The notes beneath the pieces were generated by a model. It saw nothing but the letters and a program-made list of their open reading frames with translations, ran no database searches and was not told the DNA's origin. This document shows, in pieces, positions 60,248 through 64,000 of a stretch of 64,000 bases of DNA. Each line of letters begins with the position of its first letter. The stretch's first letter is position 1. Position numbers and translations under genes: made by a program. The DNA comes from an uncultured delta proteobacterium (GTDB lineage: Bacteria; Desulfobacterota; Syntrophobacteria; Syntrophobacterales; Syntrophobacteraceae): the NCBI GenBank assembly GCA_963808625.1, contig CAWEHK010000024.1, positions 31,590 to 95,589 of the forward strand, given 5' to 3'.

Positions 60248-61360
60248 CTAGAGGAGGTCGTCGATGGGAGTCAGTTCCATCCCAAAGGCATCGGCTACGC
60301 CCTTGTAGGTGATTTTGCCGTTGATGACGTTGGCCCCAAGTGCAAGCTCAACATTCTCCTTCATGGCCCGCTTCCAGCCCTTGTTGGCAGTCTGGACGGT
60401 GTAGGGCAGGGTGGCATTGGTCAAAGCAAGAGTGGAAGTCTTGGCAACCGCACCGGGCATGTTGGCGACACAGTAGTGGACCACGCCATCCACCACGAAA
60501 GTCGGGTCGGTATGGGTGGTCGCCTTGGAAGTCTCGAAACATCCGCCCTGATCGATGGCCACATCAACCAGCACCGAGCCTTTCTTCATGGTCTTCACCA
60601 TCTCGCGGGTGACCAGCTTGGGAGCCTTGGTGCCCGGAACGAGCACGGCGCCCACGACGACGTCGGCTCTTGAAACCAGGTCTCGCGTGGTGGCCGGACT
60701 GGCAAAGAGCATGAAGCAGTTGGCCGGCATGACATCACTCAAATAGCGGAGGCGATCGAGGCTCATATCGAGGATGTAAACCTTGGCGCCCAAACCACAG
60801 GCCATCTTTGCGGCATGGGTGCCGACAACGCCGCCCCCGATGACCACCACCATGCCGGGATCGACGCCCGGAACCCCGCCCAGCAGCACACCATGGCCGC
60901 CCTGGGCCATTTCCAGATACTTCGCGCCCTGCTGAATGGCCATCCGCCCGGCCACTTCGCTCATGGGGATGAGCAAGGGCAAGGACCGGTCAGCCTTTTG
61001 CACGGTCTCATAGGCGATGCAGATCGCATTGGATTTGATGAGCGCATCCGTCTGCGCTTTATCCGCGGCCAGGTGCAGATAGGTCCAGACGATCTGATCC
61101 TTCCTGATAAGATCATACTCTGAGGGCTGAGGCTCTTTGACGTGCATCACCATATCCGCACGGGCAAAAATCTCCTTGGCTGTAGCGACAATCTCGGCAC
61201 CCGCCTGGGCGTAGGCCTCATCCTCGAACCCACTTCCGGCCCCGGCATTCTTTTCCACCAGCAACGTGTGTCCGTTCAGTTTCATCACTTCTACTCCCGC
61301 CGGTGTCATCGCGACGCGGTTTTCCTGCACTTTGATTTCTTTAAGAATTCCTACGATCAT
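60248..61360 (-). CDS. ald: Alanine dehydrogenase
   Basis: [57 protein letters not shown]. Confidence 0.96.
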   Translation of the reverse strand: MIVGILKEIKVQENRVAMTPAGVEVMKLNGHTLLVEKNAGAGSGFEDEAYAQAGAEIVATAKEIFARADMVMHVKEPQPSEYDLIRKDQIVWTYLHLAADKAQTDALIKSNAICIAYETVQKADRSLPLLIPMSEVAGRMAIQQGAKYLEMAQGGHGVLLGGVPGVDPGMVVVIGGGVVGTHAAKMACGLGAKVYILDMSLDRLRYLSDVMPANCFMLFASPATTRDLVSRADVVVGAVLVPGTKAPKLVTREMVKTMKKGSVLVDVAIDQGGCFETSKATTHTDPTFVVDGVVHYCVANMPGAVAKTSTLALTNATLPYTVQTANKGWKRAMKENVELALGANVINGKITYKGVADAFGMELTPIDDLL

Positions 61361-61424
61361 CTTATTTCTCCTTCAAGTTTGTGGGGTGAAAGACCAATCG
61401 ACTTTTGTTGAGTCAAATGAGAAG

Positions 61425-61441
61425 AGCAGAATGCGTGCCAA
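61425..61441 (-). promoter_or_regulatory. Sigma-54 (-24/-12) promoter for ald
   Basis: TTGGCACGCATTCTGCT on the minus strand (GG-N10-GC), about 65 bp upstream of the start. Confidence 0.7.
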
Positions 61442-62007
61442 GGAACATGGTGAGTAAGAAAAGGGGTATGCTGATAGGGTTAAGCTTTTGAGGCATCGGC
61501 CTAGGAAGGGTGAAAAACAAGATTGCACAACACTCCGCACCTCCAATCTCTGCGCAATTCAAGGCTCCATTCGCAGGTCACTGACACCCACTGCGGACGA
61601 AGTCTTCGTCGGAGTGGCAACAAGAGATAACAGGCAACATTGAGGAATGGACTTGATCCCAACGAATATGCGGAAACACCGGTTGGTAAGAATCAGTTCC
61701 ATCTGGTTTGATTCGCTTCCGCGATTTTCATGAGGTTTCCTCGGGCCTCAAAACCCACGGCAAAAGAATTCTCATGGGGACAGAAACTCCAAATGAAAAG
61801 AAGCAGAGTCGTGGAGGAGACTCTGCTTCAGAGGAGAGGGTTAAGGCGTATAAGACCTAAATATCGCACATCGCATGCCAGAGAGTCCGGAAGATGCCGG
61901 ATGTTGTTGCAGCGGATCCCGTTGAACTATTGGCAAAGAATGCCTGAACCGCTTCTGCGCAAAAACTGTAGAAGGCAGTGGACCATTAACCGTTGGCGCC
62001 GGAACCT

Positions 62008-62115
62008 TCAACAGCGATTCGCTTTCATAGATTCGTGCCAGGCCACCCGTGGACGTTTCCCATGAGAACTGGATGGGCCGGTTCCAATACGATAAAGCTC
62101 GCGCAAGGTCTTCAC
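62008..62115 (-). pseudogene. Remnant of an L-serine ammonia-lyase (SdaA) N-terminus
   Basis: GAGGAG RBS, GTG start, then KTLRELYRIGTGPSSSH (SdaA signature), followed by unrelated sequence and a stop after 35 codons. Confidence 0.65.
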
Positions 62116-62320
62116 TCACGCACTCCTCGTTTTCAGCGCGCTGGTTTGCGCATCCTCCTGTTCACTGCAGAAGCCGCAGAGATGATGGAGGTGTCATCCT
62201 TACGCCGGTATGACAGACCGAATTCGGCTGCGTATTCGGATGGGAAACACTCAGCCCGGCACCCGGAGACCGGGCGCGGGGCTGAGTGCGGTGGCATTGA
62301 CGGGCATCGGAAAAAGGAGA

Positions 62321-62794
62321 TCAAGCGGAGGGCTTCGCCCGTCGCGGTTCGCGGACGGCCAGGACCGGGCAGGGCGCCATTTGGATGACTTTTTCGGCCA
62401 CCGAGCCGACCACGAAATGGTGCCATCCGGTATGGCCCTGGGTGGCGATGACGATCAAGTCCACCTTGTCCTCGTCGGCTATCCGTACGATCTCATGGGC
62501 CGGTTTTCCATGCCCGATCGCCGAATCAACTTTCACATTCTTGGGTATGCGCTGGGCAATGATCGCCTGAAGGTGCTTTTCGGATTCCTTATGGAGGATG
62601 GGTTCATATTCGGGAATCTCGTAGGACGTTAAGGGATCGCCGGGAGTCGCCGGGCGGGGAGGCAAAACCGGGAGAACATAAAGGACTTTAAGTTCCGCCT
62701 GAAAAAGAGAAGCAATCTCGACCCCATATTCCAGCCCGCTTAACGACGCCTCACTGAAATCCGTTGGACAGAGAATCTTTTTGACCGTCAGCAT
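62321..62794 (-). CDS. Universal stress protein
   Basis: KILCPTDFS, DLIVIATQG, GSVAEKVIQMAPCPVL. Confidence 0.92.
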   Translation of the reverse strand: MLTVKKILCPTDFSEASLSGLEYGVEIASLFQAELKVLYVLPVLPPRPATPGDPLTSYEIPEYEPILHKESEKHLQAIIAQRIPKNVKVDSAIGHGKPAHEIVRIADEDKVDLIVIATQGHTGWHHFVVGSVAEKVIQMAPCPVLAVREPRRAKPSA

Positions 62795-62986
62795 TTTTTT
62801 ATCCTTTCATCCAAGCTTTTTTCATTGTTGACCGCATGCTCCCGGATCGCTCGAAGGGAGTCGGAACAAACCTGATTAGCGAAGCAAGGATAGTGTTTAG
62901 CAAAGATAGTCCTTAATGACCAGCGTCCGAAAAGCCGGACGCTGGTCCGAAACAAGTTATCGCAGCCAGTCGGTCCTGCAGCTCTG

Positions 62987-64000
62987 CTAGGGAGTCTGCG
63001 CTGCCGGTGCAGGGGTCGCGGCATCTTCGCGACCCCGAAGAATGCTGTGTTTGATGCCGTAAGTGAAGTAAATCACCATCCCGATGGCAAGCCAGACAAC
63101 GAGACGAATCCAGGTGTCACCGGGGAGACCAATTGCCAGATAGAGACAAAACGCAATACCCGCCAGCGGCACGAAAGGAACCCAGGGGCATTTGAAGGGT
63201 CGTACAACGTCGGGCTGCTTTTTGCGGAGCACCAGGACTGAAGCACAGACAATAATGAACGCCGCCAGGGTCCCGATGGAAACCAGCTCGCCAAGCAGCG
63301 CCATCGGCACCAGTGAGGCCAATATCGCGACCGCAATACCGGTTGCGATGGTGGTCATGACCGGGGTGCCATACTTGGGATGAACCTTGGAAAAAGCAGG
63401 AGGCAAAAGGCCGTCGCGGGACATGGTGAAGAAAATGCGCGGCTGCCCCAGCAGGAAGACCAGAATAACGGAGGTAAGGCCGGCAATGGCGCCGAGCTTT
63501 ACCAGCACCGCCAGCCATTTCACGCCCATGATATCGATCGCCACGGCAATCGGATCGGGTACATTGAGTTTGGAGTAATGGGCCACGCCGGTGATCACCA
63601 GCGCCACCAGAATATAGAGGACCGTACAAATAACGAGAGATCCCAGGATGCCGATGGGCATGTCCCGCTTCGGGTTGATGGTTTCCTGGGCGGCGGTGGA
63701 AACCGCATCAAACCCAATGTAGGCGAAGAAAATCACCCCCGCCGCACGGGCCACGCCCGACCATCCAAAGTGCCCGAATTCGCCCGTATTCGGTGGAATA
63801 ATGGGAAACCAGTTGTCGGTGTTCACATACGCGAAGCCAAGTCCAATGACGACCAGAACAATGGCCAGCTTAATAACCACAATGATCGCGTTGAAGGTTG
63901 CCGATTCTTCGATTCCTCTGACCAACAAGGCGGTGAGAGCCAGAACAATCAAGGCGGCGGGCAAATTGAACAATGCCGTGGCATGCTGCACGGAATCCAG
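62987..64000 (-). CDS. APC-family amino-acid permease (5' end outside the window)
   Basis: FNLPA, GIEESA, FFAYIGFDAVST, SRDGLLP, ELVSIGTLAAF, RPFKCP. Confidence 0.92.
   Translation of the reverse strand: MDSVQHATALFNLPAALIVLALTALLVRGIEESATFNAIIVVIKLAIVLVVIGLGFAYVNTDNWFPIIPPNTGEFGHFGWSGVARAAGVIFFAYIGFDAVSTAAQETINPKRDMPIGILGSLVICTVLYILVALVITGVAHYSKLNVPDPIAVAIDIMGVKWLAVLVKLGAIAGLTSVILVFLLGQPRIFFTMSRDGLLPPAFSKVHPKYGTPVMTTIATGIAVAILASLVPMALLGELVSIGTLAAFIIVCASVLVLRKKQPDVVRPFKCPWVPFVPLAGIAFCLYLAIGLPGDTWIRLVVWLAIGMVIYFTYGIKHSILRGREDAATPAPAAQTP

Noticed and set aside
61730..62426. Several 90-130 aa ORFs between ald and the USP gene
   Set aside because: No motifs, mutually overlapping and without convincing RBS; only the short sdaA-like fragment is supported.

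Overview
Bacterial genomic window whose gene content and protein families suggest an anaerobic Desulfobacterota, Syntrophobacterales-like organism (inference). From left to right it holds: a type II secretion cluster (gspE-F-H-I-J-K-L-M-D plus a divergent gspC-like gene); housekeeping genes (lhgO, radical SAM, THUMP methyltransferase, AKR, pduO, rpoZ, dnaJ); a GldA/F/G-DUF4340 ABC module; a bioY-ECF biotin transporter with a candidate BirA operator; a porin; a split B12-dependent acyl-CoA mutase with isobutyryl-CoA mutase signature residues plus meaB; a divergent membrane protein/CoA-transferase operon; a radical SAM-YcaO-small protein cluster; a complete IS4 (IS50/Tn5-like) element whose transposase is fused to a DUF4338 domain; a 12-kb polyhydroxyalkanoate cluster; tandem alanine dehydrogenases; a USP; and an amino-acid permease. 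The most striking non-gene structure is a GxxExxY gene enclosed by 31-bp inverted repeats built from 8-9-bp units, inserted cleanly into the mutase-meaB operon, with empty and solo copies of the same repeat elsewhere in the window. Several other intergenic repeat families are present (REP doublets, MITE-like elements with nested REPs, 7-mer arrays). About ten otherwise intact genes carry single-base frameshifts that are most likely assembly errors. No rRNA, tRNA or CRISPR array was recognised.
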